Of a DNA stretch of 64,000 nucleotides, positions 1 to 10,291 are shown piece by piece. The stretch is taken from assembly GCA_963702205.1 (NCBI GenBank), contig OY969724.1, positions 1,792,001-1,856,000 of the forward strand, read 5' to 3'. Numbering within the stretch: position 1 is the stretch's first letter; every line of letters starts with the position of its first letter. The notes under the pieces are model-generated. The model did no database searches, was not told the DNA's origin, and saw nothing but the letters and a program-made list of their open reading frames with translations. Both the position numbers and the translations under genes were made by a program. Source of the DNA: an uncultured candidate division Zixibacteria bacterium (GTDB taxonomy: Bacteria > Zixibacteria > MSB-5A5 > GN15 > PGXB01).

Positions 1-641
1 GCCGGATTCTGAAGACGCCCCAATATCCCGATGGCTTCGCCGGTGGAGTCGTACAAGACCGACCCGATTTCCAGGTCGTTATAGCCGACCATGAGGACGA
101 ACTTTTCCGGCTCGGATACTATGGCCGAAACCATACCGATATCACCGGCCAGCGACGGCTTGACGTAGTCGGGCAACAGCGCGAATACGGCCGTCCAGTC
201 GCCCATGTTCAGCGCTTTGCGGGATTTGAACGTCAGATAGTCGAATTTGCTTTTCGTATCCGATTGGATGCGGCAGAAACCGAGGTGGGTGAAGCGATCG
301 ATACCGATGAATTCTCCGGTATAGATTTTGCCGTCCATCTTCTTGATCTCGATATTTTTTGGCTCGGCGTCCACGTTGAGTCCGGCCACCTGCGAAAACG
401 GATCGTCGCTGTCGATGGTCGAACCGTCGAAAACGATCAGGCCGTCTTCGGTCACGATCGTACCTATTCCTCGGAATTTGATGTCGGTCGACTCCACGCC
501 AAAAGAAACTTCGATAGTGATATTCAGTGCAACCGTATAGTCATCGGCTTTCTTCATTATTTTCCCGAAATCGAAACTCTGGGCCGCCAATAGCGGGGCC
601 AGGGCCAGGGCGAGTATTATGGTGAAAACAACCTTTCTCAC
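1..641 (-). CDS. Secreted HtrA/trypsin-like-fold protein lacking catalytic residues (partial, runs off the window)
   Basis: Translated by hand from GTG at 641, with RBS AAGGAG just upstream: MRKVVFTIILALALAPLLAAQ signal peptide, GIGTIVTEDGLIV, GSVLYDSTGEAIGI. Open to position 1 and directly downstream of degP. Confidence 0.75.
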   Translation of the reverse strand, partial: MRKVVFTIILALALAPLLAAQSFDFGKIMKKADDYTVALNITIEVSFGVESTDIKFRGIGTIVTEDGLIVFDGSTIDSDDPFSQVAGLNVDAEPKNIEIKKMDGKIYTGEFIGIDRFTHLGFCRIQSDTKSKFDYLTFKSRKALNMGDWTAVFALLPDYVKPSLAGDIGMVSAIVSEPEKFVLMVGYNDLEIGSVLYDSTGEAIGILGRLQNP

Positions 642-653
642 GTCGATCTCCTT

Positions 654-2033
654 CTAACGCTCATCGGTTTGATCCGTCTCTTTGTTTATTTTCAAAAGGA
701 CATATTTGACATTGCCGAATCTCTTGACGGTCAGCAGGACTTTGTCGGCCGGGACGGCGATCAATTCGTTGTACTTGTCATAGAAATCCTTGAACACGGG
801 AGTCGGGATTTCATTTATATCCCGAATCACGTCGCCGCGCCGGAGACCGCCTTCGGCGCCCGGTCCGACTCTCTTTACGCCGGTAACCAGCACCCCGAGG
901 GTATCGTCAAGCTGGTTTTCGACCGCCATCTGCTTGGTGATGGCTTTGACCGTGAAGCCCCAGTCGTCGCAGGCCAAATCCTTGCCCATCAAATCGCCCA
1001 GCCCACGGGTGGTAACTTCGATATAAACAATTTTTTCGGCCCGCTGTACTTCGAGATCGAGCTTCGTTCCGACCGGGAAATCGGCTATCATTTTATAAAA
1101 ATGCGGCAGTTGCTCTTCAAAGCGAGCCGACACATCCGTGCCGTTGATTTTCAGTATGACGTCACCGGCTTGAAGTCCGGCCGTCTCGGCCGGGGAATGT
1201 GTGTCAACCGATGACACCAGGACGCCCCGGTCGCGATCGGTCCCGAACCAGCCTTCCATGTCCTGCATAGCCTGGGCCTGAATCCCGATCCAGCTCCGAG
1301 TGACTTTGCCGTGGTCGAGAATTTGCTCAATGGTCTGTTTGACGATATTTATCGGAATCGCGAAGCCGATATTATTGGCGAATATTGTCGCCCGGGAGTT
1401 TATCCCGACCACCTGTCCTTCGAGATCGACCAGCGGTCCGCCCGAATTGCCGGGGTTGATGGCGGCGTCGGTTTGAATCCACGTGTTGTACCGTCCCGTC
1501 TTTTCGCCCGACGGCAACCGCGCTTCATCGCTGAAATAACGGTCGGTGGTTGAAATGACACCGCACGATACCGAGCGTGACAGGGCCAGGGGAGAACCCA
1601 TCGCGAGGACGTACTGCCCCACCTGCAGGGAATCGGAATTGCCGAGCGCCGCGACCGCCAGTTTACCGCCGTAATCCGACAGGTCCAGCTTGATAATCGC
1701 GATATCCGTCAGGGGATCACCGCCGATCAGGTCGGCTTTGACCTGTTCCCGGTCGTACAACGTGCATATGATTCGTTCGGCCTTACCGGCCACGTGATAA
1801 TTGGTTACGACATATCCCGAATCGTGAAATATTACACCCGAACCGACCACCGATTGCTTGATTTCGCGGCCCGTGCGGTAATCGGTTATTACCGGCTGTA
1901 TGTGCACCAAAGCCGGCAGAACACGATCGCGGGCGAAATAAATATCGGACTGTAAATTCGACGTGCCGGTGGCACTTACAGAACCCCATATTGTTATCAG
2001 ACCGATCAGAAGTATCAGAGCTTTTTTCATCAA
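654..2033 (-). CDS. degP: DegP/HtrA family serine protease with two PDZ domains
   Basis: Catalytic triad motifs TNYHV, DIAIIK and QTDAAINPGNSGGPL; PDZ motifs; signal peptide. Confidence 0.93.
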   Translation of the reverse strand: MMKKALILLIGLITIWGSVSATGTSNLQSDIYFARDRVLPALVHIQPVITDYRTGREIKQSVVGSGVIFHDSGYVVTNYHVAGKAERIICTLYDREQVKADLIGGDPLTDIAIIKLDLSDYGGKLAVAALGNSDSLQVGQYVLAMGSPLALSRSVSCGVISTTDRYFSDEARLPSGEKTGRYNTWIQTDAAINPGNSGGPLVDLEGQVVGINSRATIFANNIGFAIPINIVKQTIEQILDHGKVTRSWIGIQAQAMQDMEGWFGTDRDRGVLVSSVDTHSPAETAGLQAGDVILKINGTDVSARFEEQLPHFYKMIADFPVGTKLDLEVQRAEKIVYIEVTTRGLGDLMGKDLACDDWGFTVKAITKQMAVENQLDDTLGVLVTGVKRVGPGAEGGLRRGDVIRDINEIPTPVFKDFYDKYNELIAVPADKVLLTVKRFGNVKYVLLKINKETDQTDER

Positions 2034-2173
2034 ATTGTCTCCACTGCATTATTCTTGGTATCGCAGAATAAAAAGGTTTAAGCCCTCAAACAAGTATTTA
2101 CTTAAACCAAAATCGCTTCTGTTTGTTCGTGTCGGATGGATTGATATACGAATTAAGAGATAAATCGGGAATT

Positions 2174-3448
2174 TCAACCGTCACTTTTTAGCGGCGGGGG
2201 CGTCGGGGGAGGAGGAGCCGGACGCATGGACGCCCAGTCCTGATTGATCCTTTGAAGCAGTATCTTGCGGCAGTCACGATTTCCGAAGCGGGTCATGAAG
2301 ACGGCTCCGATTCCGGCCGTAATTCCGATGGACCAGACAATGATCGAAATGACATTGAAGAAAGTGGCAAATCCGTCAAAAAATGGCGAGCCCATCATTT
2401 GAAGAAAACCAGCCAGAAGCCAGGGCATTGAATAAATAATCAGACCGATCAACGCCGCCAAAAGCTGAGTGCCTTTGCTGTCGACTTTGATTCGTCCGAA
2501 TGTCCCGCCGATCAGCTGACTGAATCCGATGACACCCATCAAAAACGCACCCGCCAGGGCCAGCGGAATGACTATGACCCCGACCGGTATCCCGATTATG
2601 GTCAGACACAACAAAGCTATCACCGGCCCGATCAAAATCCAGACCAGGAGTCCGGTGAAGAATGATTTGACAAAGCACGTCCGCAGGCACGTTTTGATGC
2701 GGTCGATCGGTCTCGGCGCCACCGTAACCAGGATCAGAGTGCAGAACAATAGTGAACAGAGAATTATCGTATTAACTATCAGTTGCGTATTCGATGATTT
2801 GCTGAACAATGAAATTCCCGGGAGCTCCGGAATATCGGTCTCACTGCGGTCACCGTAAATTCGTCCGCCGCGCATCTTGATTATCTGAGGGGCCCGGGCG
2901 TCACCGAGAATTTTGCCCTCGTCCGATATCGTAATCTTGGAATACGACGTGACGTTTCCGGTGACGGTGCCCTCCACCGTAACCGGCCCCATCGCGGTAA
3001 TCGATCCTTTGACCTTTTCATCGGACCGGACGTGGACCGAACCTACGATCAAACCGTTGTACGTCGTTACCGTCACTTCCGAATCGGGAATTTCTCCGCC
3101 CTGCGGGCCTAGCGTTACTTTGGTATCAGACTGTCCTCGATTGCTTCCGAATACAGTTACTGTCGAAGTCTTTCCTTTTTCTTTGGTTACGAATGTATCG
3201 CGGCTGAAATCATAATCCCATTCGTTCCCGGCTGAATCCAGCCCGTAAACGCCGTCGGGAGAAAGGTGCATCTCCGTCATAAACGGTTTGTCACCGGGCA
3301 CGTCGGGGGTCTGCGGTGGATTCAGGATTACGGTCTGTCCCGAATCGGTGATGACAATCCTGGTTTCGGTGGCCGCCCCCGCCAAACTCGCCAGTACGGC
3401 CGCCGCTGCAAAACCAATAATCGAATATTTCGATAATAACCGTATCAT
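2174..3448 (-). CDS. Membrane protein with polymer-forming cytoskeletal (bactofilin-like) beta-repeat region
   Basis: Signal peptide, VxGxVxGxV repeats, several C-terminal TM helices, Pro-rich tail. Confidence 0.7.
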   Translation of the reverse strand: MIRLLSKYSIIGFAAAAVLASLAGAATETRIVITDSGQTVILNPPQTPDVPGDKPFMTEMHLSPDGVYGLDSAGNEWDYDFSRDTFVTKEKGKTSTVTVFGSNRGQSDTKVTLGPQGGEIPDSEVTVTTYNGLIVGSVHVRSDEKVKGSITAMGPVTVEGTVTGNVTSYSKITISDEGKILGDARAPQIIKMRGGRIYGDRSETDIPELPGISLFSKSSNTQLIVNTIILCSLLFCTLILVTVAPRPIDRIKTCLRTCFVKSFFTGLLVWILIGPVIALLCLTIIGIPVGVIVIPLALAGAFLMGVIGFSQLIGGTFGRIKVDSKGTQLLAALIGLIIYSMPWLLAGFLQMMGSPFFDGFATFFNVISIIVWSIGITAGIGAVFMTRFGNRDCRKILLQRINQDWASMRPAPPPPTPPPLKSDG

Positions 3449-3451
3449 AAG

Positions 3452-4513
3452 CTAATAAAGCCCGATCTTAATGTCGCCGGAAACGGTAGTCAGCGTGATT
3501 TTGGGACCCGAAGTGCCGAAGTCACCGACCAGCTTGTTTTTCGCAAACGAGCGAATAGTCAGCGGTAGCTCGGTGTTGATCCCGCCGCTTTCCGTCTCCA
3601 GTTTGACCGATCCCGAGGCCAGTTCGGGAACGCTGAAAACGATGTTGCCCTTGCCGGTCGAGACAAAATAGCCCCGGTCGGATTCCAACGATGATGAAAC
3701 ATCGACGTCCCCGTTGTGAGTCGTGATATCTATCCCGCCCGTTTCCTGCGCCACTTTTATGGTTCCGGATGTACCCTGAACCTTGATATCTCCCGTCAGC
3801 TGCGAAATGTCGACCGAGCCCGACGTGCTGGTGATATCGACCGGTCCGTCGACCTGGCTGCCATTGATTTTCCCCGACGTCGATTTTATCTCGATACGGC
3901 CGGTAACCGACTGGAAGTCAATGTCCGATCCCGATGAGATTACGTTTACGTCGCCCATTATTCCCGACAGGTCAATTTTTGCCGAAATCGTTTCCATGAA
4001 AATCGGACCTTTGATATTGGTGAAAGTCATCTGTCCGTCTGAATTCAGAGCGTTGATTTCGTTCTCGACGTCACTTATTTTGACATCACCTTGGGGATTG
4101 TCGACGTTTACCTCGCAATTGTACGGAACACTTATCTTGAACTCGACCGAGCCCCAGATGTCTTTGCCCCGGCCCAGAAGCCGGTCCCAGAAAGATTGAT
4201 TGTCTTTTGAGTTTTTGTGATAGATGGTTTCGATGGACAAATGGTCGCCGCTTTTGGTAACCTTTATTTCGATATATTCGGCCATCTTTTCGGCTTCGTA
4301 CTGATCGGCGGCCTTGATATTTTTCACGGCGGTCACTTCAATATCGGGAATCGGTGCGCCTTTTATTTCCACCGAGCCGATTTTATTGCTCAATATAAGC
4401 TGGGGATGTTCACCGATATTTATTTTTTTCTCATAGTCGAACTGGAACGTATCGGCAATTGACGATACGCTCAACAGCATTACGAATAGATATGAGAACA
4501 AAACGCACTTCAT
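3452..4513 (-). CDS. DUF4097 family beta-strand repeat protein
   Basis: Signal peptide; repeated TSGxI/V motifs ending LTTVSGDIKI. Confidence 0.85.
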   Translation of the reverse strand: MKCVLFSYLFVMLLSVSSIADTFQFDYEKKINIGEHPQLILSNKIGSVEIKGAPIPDIEVTAVKNIKAADQYEAEKMAEYIEIKVTKSGDHLSIETIYHKNSKDNQSFWDRLLGRGKDIWGSVEFKISVPYNCEVNVDNPQGDVKISDVENEINALNSDGQMTFTNIKGPIFMETISAKIDLSGIMGDVNVISSGSDIDFQSVTGRIEIKSTSGKINGSQVDGPVDITSTSGSVDISQLTGDIKVQGTSGTIKVAQETGGIDITTHNGDVDVSSSLESDRGYFVSTGKGNIVFSVPELASGSVKLETESGGINTELPLTIRSFAKNKLVGDFGTSGPKITLTTVSGDIKIGLY

Positions 4514-4532
4514 GAAACAAATCCCGCCGGTG

Positions 4533-5099
4533 TTAAAGCGGCCGTAATTTTTTCTTCAAAAGTTCCCGGGCGCGAAAAATCCTGGCCTTGACGGTGCCGA
4601 TCGGTATATCCAGAGCTTCGGCAATCTCGTCGTACGATTTATCGTCCTTATGCCTATAAACGATAACCAACCTGTATTTTTCGGGAAGAGAATCTATTGC
4701 CTCGTTTATGGACATACGCTTTTCACGTTCTTCTATTTCCTTTTCGGGGCTGTACGAATAATCGGGAATGTCGATGCCGCCCATTTCGTTGTCTGAGGAA
4801 CTGACCGGGGCGTCCAACGAAAGAGTCTTGAGCCGCTTTTTCCGCAAAAAGTCAATGGCGGCATTGGCTGCGATCCGATATAGCCAGGTCGAGAACTTGT
4901 ATTCGCTGCGATAGGTTGCCAGGGATGCAAAAGCCTTCATAAACGTCTCCTGGACCAGGTCCTCAACAGCCTCGCGGTCCCGGACGATTTTCAATATGAT
5001 ATGGTAGATCGCAGAGCGATGGCGCTCCATCAACTCCTTGTAAGCGCCCTGATTCCCGCCCAGCGCGCTTTCGATCAATAATTTATCCTTGTCCTGCAA
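4533..5099 (-). CDS. ECF RNA polymerase sigma factor (SigW/RpoE-like)
   Basis: EDLVQETFMKAF, FSTWLYRIAAN and region 4 SYDEIAEALDIPIGTVKARIFRAR. Confidence 0.95.
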   Translation of the reverse strand: MQDKDKLLIESALGGNQGAYKELMERHRSAIYHIILKIVRDREAVEDLVQETFMKAFASLATYRSEYKFSTWLYRIAANAAIDFLRKKRLKTLSLDAPVSSSDNEMGGIDIPDYSYSPEKEIEEREKRMSINEAIDSLPEKYRLVIVYRHKDDKSYDEIAEALDIPIGTVKARIFRARELLKKKLRPL

Positions 5100-5119
5100 C
5101 CTTCCTCTAATGTTTAGTT

Positions 5120-5145
5120 TACGATTCCATCGGCAGGCGGTTTCA
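5120..5145 (-). promoter_or_regulatory. ECF (SigW-type) promoter, probably autoregulatory
   Basis: Minus strand reads TGAAAC-N16-CGTA, about 20 nt upstream of the sigma start codon. Confidence 0.7.
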
Positions 5146-5256
5146 GTCGTTAGCTCGGATTATATCAAATAACCCCTTAATTTACAATAAAAAACGCCTC
5201 ACGGCTGCCGTGCCGAATTGCTCGATTTGGAGGCCGTTGGCCCCGTAAAACCCGCA

Positions 5257-6612
5257 TTACCGGGCTTTATATATAGTTACGGATGAATCCTGATATGCTT
5301 CCGGCAGTTTCGTCCTGAAGCCGGGGAAATATTCCTTTTCCAGAGGCCCGTAATAGACAAAATCCACTTCCAGCGGGATCTGGCCGCCCGACCACGCGTT
5401 TCTCGTGGCGTTATAGCGGCTTTGCCAATCCAACCCGAGATGAGCCAAATGCCCGATAAAGCCCATATAAACGGGCCGGTATTCCATGACAAAGGCCAGA
5501 TTGTCGGCGTCCGCCGTGAGGACGAGAAACGCATCGGTTTTCGACGTATTCCGGACAACCCAGTCTATGGCCGCGTCCTGACTGGTGTCGTAGCGTGGGT
5601 AATAATTTTTATGTCCCGAATAGTATTTTTCAAAACCTGAGTAAAGAAAGCCAGCAATCAGGATTATAAAGACGCAACGGCTCAACACTCTTATATATGG
5701 AATGTGCTCCTTCATGCGACCCTCGGCGACCGTCACGGCGCCGGCAAAGTACAGAATGAAGACCGGGAAAAAGGGGTTATAGTGTATCAGGCTGCCGAAC
5801 ACAACAGATACCCCGATTAGGATTCTCATGCGCTTATGAACGTAAATAGACGAAAGAACTATAATCGGCAGAGCGTGGAGGATTGTTTCGACCGGTCTGA
5901 AGGCAAAGGATTCCGTAAATATGAAATAGAACGGCTTTATGACCACCTCCGATGAAACCAATATTGCCGCCAGAAAGGTCGCAATGCCGGAGCTTGCAAG
6001 CATTATGATGTCATCACGCTTCTTTTCGACCAATACTGTTATCAAATAATAGGGTGCAATCATAAGCATTAGGTAGCCGTTGACAAAAGCGGCGACAAAT
6101 ATAGACAACGCCTTGATCCTGATATCCTTTGCGAACAGGGCCAGCGCAAAGAGAATAAAGAATGGCGCGTGTGTAAATCCGCGCGCTATCAAATCCACCC
6201 CGAGGGCATTAATGCCAGAAGCGAAAATTGAGGCGGAAAAAATAAGAATTAATGCCAAACCATATGTTTTCCGGAAATACTTCCTGAAGATAAGGCCCAT
6301 TAATATCAGGTAGATCACGTTCAATACCCTGATAGCATTGTACGGGTTCACTATTTTGGCAAGAACAGCCGCCGGATAATATTGCAAAAACGATTGAGTC
6401 AGCTTGACTCCGGCGAAGACCGGATTCTCGGGCGGGAAGTGGTTCGTTATGGTGTTGATGATCGACGCATAATACAGAAAATCGACATCAGCCGGTTTGT
6501 CGAAAACGAACCGGCTTAATTTTGCATCATAGGTTCCGATAAAAAACTGGCCGAGAATATAAACGCCGATCAAAGCGGCGAAAATAATTGATGTTTTTCT
6601 TTCCGGGTCCAT
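5257..6612 (-). CDS. Multi-pass membrane protein of unknown function (possibly GT-C-like)
   Basis: 451 aa with many hydrophobic segments and a soluble C-terminal domain. Confidence 0.6.
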   Translation of the reverse strand: MDPERKTSIIFAALIGVYILGQFFIGTYDAKLSRFVFDKPADVDFLYYASIINTITNHFPPENPVFAGVKLTQSFLQYYPAAVLAKIVNPYNAIRVLNVIYLILMGLIFRKYFRKTYGLALILIFSASIFASGINALGVDLIARGFTHAPFFILFALALFAKDIRIKALSIFVAAFVNGYLMLMIAPYYLITVLVEKKRDDIIMLASSGIATFLAAILVSSEVVIKPFYFIFTESFAFRPVETILHALPIIVLSSIYVHKRMRILIGVSVVFGSLIHYNPFFPVFILYFAGAVTVAEGRMKEHIPYIRVLSRCVFIILIAGFLYSGFEKYYSGHKNYYPRYDTSQDAAIDWVVRNTSKTDAFLVLTADADNLAFVMEYRPVYMGFIGHLAHLGLDWQSRYNATRNAWSGGQIPLEVDFVYYGPLEKEYFPGFRTKLPEAYQDSSVTIYKAR

Positions 6613-6655
6613 CCTTTGATAGTTAGTCTCAGACCCGAATAGAAATTAACAATCT

Positions 6656-8197
6656 TTATCGACTAATATACTGCTCCGTCAATTCTTCGCTTCCCGCAAG
6701 GTCAAATACCTTGAACTCCTGAACCGGAATAGTCGTATCCCTGACAATATTAATTTTAAAGCTGTGTTGTTTCATCATAAGATTGATACGATTCTGCCCG
6801 GAGTTGAGAAGTTCCTCGGCCAATAGCGGGTTAACCGCCAGGCTGTAGCGTTTATGAACCCCGTCGATTCTGGCTCTTTTAAACCAGCGCTCGATTTTCA
6901 TGGCTACCGTCGCCCTTGAAAGTATGCGCCCCGAACCGTTACAGTGCGGGCACGGTTCCGACATGGCGTGCAAAAGCGATGGCCGGATTCTTTCGCGGGT
7001 CATCTCGATCAAGCCGAAATCAGTGACCGGATTGATAGCTCTCTTGGCCCGGTCGTGGCGAAAAGCGTTGCGGAATTCATCGAACAGGCGGCGTCTGTTT
7101 TCACGGCTGTACATATCGATAAAATCGCAGACAATCAGGCCGCCGATATCGCGAAGTCTTATTTGACGGGCAATTTCCTTGGCCGCTTCCATGTTAGTCC
7201 GGAGTATGGTCGATTCCTGATCGCCTTTGCCGACAAACCGCCCGGTGTTGACGTCAATAGTAACCATGGCCTCGGTCTGGTCGACAATAAGATACGATCC
7301 TTTCTTGATCCAGACCCGGCGGTCGAGCATTTTTTCTATTTCCTGTTCGGTTCGATACAGGTCAAACAGCTGCGTGTCGCCTTTGTACAGCTCGACCCGG
7401 CTTTTTAAATGCGGCATAACCTGACGCACGTAGGCCATGATAGCCCGATATTCCTCGCGGTTATCGACCAGCAGGCGGTCGACGTCGTCGGTGAAAATAT
7501 CGCGGATAATCGAGGTCGTGATTTCAACTTCCTTATGGATCAGCGCCGGGGCCTTCATGGTTTCGGCGCGTTTCATCATGCGCGACCAGAGCTTCATCAG
7601 CCTTTTAACGTCGTTTTGAAAATCTTTCTCGCTCCGGCCCTCGGCCTCGGTACGGGCGATAAACCCGAATCCATCAGGGCACAATGGCGAGACAATTTTT
7701 TTCAGCCGCCGTTTTTCGTTCCAGTTGGATATGCGGCGCGACACCCGGACGTGGTCGTCGTCGGGGACCAGCACCAGATACCGTCCGGGGAGAGACACTT
7801 CGGTCGTGACGCGCGGCCCCTTGGTCGAAATCGGTTCCTTGATAACCTGAATAAGCACGTCCTGACCTTCTTTGAGGACATTTTCGATGCCCTCGCGGCG
7901 ACGTTTGCGGACTATTTCCGCCGGAGGTTCGTCGTCGACATATTCCGGGTCATAATGTTCATGCTGGGTGACATCGCCAATGTCCGAGGCGTGCAAAAAG
8001 GCCGCCTTTTCCAAACCGATGTCGATAAAGGCTGCCTGCATGCCGGGCAGTACGGTTTTAATTTTACCTTTGTAAATATTCCCGACCAGTCGCTGGCTCT
8101 GGGGCTGTTCGATATACAGCTCCACCAGCCGGTCGTCTTCGAGGATCGCAACGCGGGTTTCGTATTCGGTGGCGTTGATCAGAATTTCCTTTTTCAT
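6656..8197 (-). CDS. rng: Ribonuclease E/G family
   Basis: GNIYKGKIKTVLPGMQAAFIDIG, IDVNTG, RLRDIGGLIVCDFIDM and CPHCNGSG. Confidence 0.95.
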   Translation of the reverse strand: MKKEILINATEYETRVAILEDDRLVELYIEQPQSQRLVGNIYKGKIKTVLPGMQAAFIDIGLEKAAFLHASDIGDVTQHEHYDPEYVDDEPPAEIVRKRRREGIENVLKEGQDVLIQVIKEPISTKGPRVTTEVSLPGRYLVLVPDDDHVRVSRRISNWNEKRRLKKIVSPLCPDGFGFIARTEAEGRSEKDFQNDVKRLMKLWSRMMKRAETMKAPALIHKEVEITTSIIRDIFTDDVDRLLVDNREEYRAIMAYVRQVMPHLKSRVELYKGDTQLFDLYRTEQEIEKMLDRRVWIKKGSYLIVDQTEAMVTIDVNTGRFVGKGDQESTILRTNMEAAKEIARQIRLRDIGGLIVCDFIDMYSRENRRRLFDEFRNAFRHDRAKRAINPVTDFGLIEMTRERIRPSLLHAMSEPCPHCNGSGRILSRATVAMKIERWFKRARIDGVHKRYSLAVNPLLAEELLNSGQNRINLMMKQHSFKINIVRDTTIPVQEFKVFDLAGSEELTEQYISR

Positions 8198-8215
8198 TTC
8201 AGTAATTTTCTCCGT

Positions 8216-9163
8216 TCAAGCGTGGGTGAAGGTGTCTTTTGAAGATGGTTGATAGCCGTGCAGAAAGGCCTCTCCGGTCATTTTCGATTTGCCCTCGATC
8301 AGCAACTCGCTGACTTCCAAAGCACCGTGCATCGCTGAAATAATCAGGCGACGCCTGTCCGGGATAATCCGGCCCGGTTCAAAACCGGCTTCGGGGGCAT
8401 GCTCGATAAATTTGGCCCGAAAGATCTTGACCTTTTTGCCCCGGAAGAACGTGAAAGCTCCCGGCGAGGTGGAAAGGCCGCGAATCAGGTTCACGATGCC
8501 TTTGGCGTCGGCATTCCAGTCAATCAGGCCGTCGTCGGCTAATATTTTCGGGGCCGGGGTCGCCAGAGAATCATCCTGTTCGATCAGGCTGTAACCGCCA
8601 GTTTCGATCAGGTCGAGAGTTTTTTCGATTACCAGGCCGGCCTGCAAAGACATGCGGGTATAAAGCTCGTCGAAAATCTCGTCAGGCTCAATCGCGATTT
8701 TTTCCTGATAGACAATCGATCCGGTATCGATATGTCTTTTGAGGAAAAAAGTCGTCAAGCCGGTTTCGGTTTCTCCGTTGATCAGGGCCCATTGGATCGG
8801 GGCGGCGCCGCGATATTTTGGCAGCAGCGAGCCGTGGAGATTGATGGCACCTTTCGGCGGCATTTCGAAAATTCTCGCTGGAAGAATCCGAAAAGCCACC
8901 ACGACAAAGATGTCGGCGGCGAATTCGGCCAATCCGGCGGCGAGTGTATCGTCTTTCAGAGATTCCGGGGTCAGAACCGGAAGATTGAAAGATATCGCGG
9001 CCTCTTTGACCGGTGTCGGCACGACCTTGCGGCCGCGCCCGGCCCGTTTATCGGGGCCGGTGACTACCGCCAGGACTTCGTGACGCGAATTTTGATGCAA
9101 ATACTCCAGCGGCCGCCGGGCAAAATCCGGCGTCCCCATGAAAACCATCTTCATAAAAGACAT
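8216..9163 (-). CDS. fmt: Methionyl-tRNA formyltransferase
   Basis: FMGTPDFA and NLHGSLLPKYRGAAPIQWA. Confidence 0.97.
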   Translation of the reverse strand: MSFMKMVFMGTPDFARRPLEYLHQNSRHEVLAVVTGPDKRAGRGRKVVPTPVKEAAISFNLPVLTPESLKDDTLAAGLAEFAADIFVVVAFRILPARIFEMPPKGAINLHGSLLPKYRGAAPIQWALINGETETGLTTFFLKRHIDTGSIVYQEKIAIEPDEIFDELYTRMSLQAGLVIEKTLDLIETGGYSLIEQDDSLATPAPKILADDGLIDWNADAKGIVNLIRGLSTSPGAFTFFRGKKVKIFRAKFIEHAPEAGFEPGRIIPDRRRLIISAMHGALEVSELLIEGKSKMTGEAFLHGYQPSSKDTFTHA

Positions 9164-9189
9164 GTTGTCCGGGCGTGGAAGACGGGTCG

Positions 9190-9690
9190 TTACGATGCAG
9201 CCGCGAGACGGCGCAATTTGCCGCTCAGCATGGCGCGTGAAACCGACGATAGATAGTCGATAAAAAGTTTTCCATCGAGATGATCATATTCGTGCAATAT
9301 GGCTCGTGCCAATATGCCGTCGGCCTCCAGTTGGAATTCATTTCCGGTCAGATCAAGCGCCTTCACCTTTACGAATTCAGGGCGATTCAGCTTTTGAAAT
9401 ATGCCGGGAAATGATAAACATCCTTCTTCCATGGTAACTTCACCGGAAGCCTCAATAATCTCCGGATTTATAAAGACTCTGACGTCTTCGGTCAGGTCCA
9501 CCGGGGATAGATCCAAAATAAAAATTCTTTTCGATTCGCCCACCTGGGGCGCCGCCAAACCTAATCCTTTGGCATCCTTAAGGGTGGCAATCATTTCCGC
9601 CACCAAATCTTTTACTTCCTGATCGATCTCGTTTACCGGTTCGGCTTTCTTGCGCAAAACCTCGTTGCCGTATGTAACGATTTGTCTCAC
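9190..9690 (-). CDS. def: Peptide deformylase
   Basis: GLGLAAPQVG, EGCLS and HEYDHLDG. Confidence 0.97.
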   Translation of the reverse strand: MRQIVTYGNEVLRKKAEPVNEIDQEVKDLVAEMIATLKDAKGLGLAAPQVGESKRIFILDLSPVDLTEDVRVFINPEIIEASGEVTMEEGCLSFPGIFQKLNRPEFVKVKALDLTGNEFQLEADGILARAILHEYDHLDGKLFIDYLSSVSRAMLSGKLRRLAAAS

Positions 9691-9717
9691 AGCCTGGCCA
9701 TAGCTCCTAATATATAT

Positions 9718-10068
9718 TTATTTGTCAACTCGAGCCGCTATGGAGGTCTTCAAAAATTCGACTTTGACCTCATCGTTCAACTTCAAAACGATCGTGCCTC
9801 TGTCTTCATTGATGGCGAAAATAGTGGCATACATGCCGCTGTTTGTCACAACTTTATCGCCCTTCTTCAGCTCCGTTAGCAGCCTCTCGTGTTCTTTCTG
9901 TCTTTTCCGCTGCGGTCTGATCAGCAGCAAATACATGATCAGAAACAGCGGAATCATCATGCCCCAGGTGGCCAGAAATCCCCCGCTTCCTCCCGAAGCT
10001 CCGGCTCCACCCGCCATCCATAATAACAACAATGGATTGTCCACAGTTTCTCCTATTTTTATCGTCAT
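9718..10068 (-). CDS. yajC: Preprotein translocase subunit YajC
   Basis: YLLLIRPQRKRQKE and LKKGDKVVTNSG; start codon uncertain. Confidence 0.93.
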   Translation of the reverse strand: MTIKIGETVDNPLLLLWMAGGAGASGGSGGFLATWGMMIPLFLIMYLLLIRPQRKRQKEHERLLTELKKGDKVVTNSGMYATIFAINEDRGTIVLKLNDEVKVEFLKTSIAARVDK

Positions 10069-10241
10069 GACTGCTCAAAAACTGAACAGGCATTATGGGT
10101 TTACAACCCAAAAATATACGAAAATCGCGTCGATTAGCCAAGCGATTAAATTGATGGTGTAAGTTATTTTGTTTTAGTCTGTTACAAGGGTCGGTAAAGA
10201 GGCAGGGGAATGATATAATTGTTCTTGACACAGCAGCCATT

Positions 10242-10270
10242 AAAAAAACCGCCGCGATGTGCGGCGGTTT
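10242..10270 (-). terminator. Intrinsic terminator after the ytfJ-like gene
   Basis: AAACCGCCGC-loop-GCGGCGGTTT hairpin followed by a U-tract on the minus strand. Confidence 0.8.
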
Positions 10271-10291
10271 AAAAATAATAAACTTTCGATT

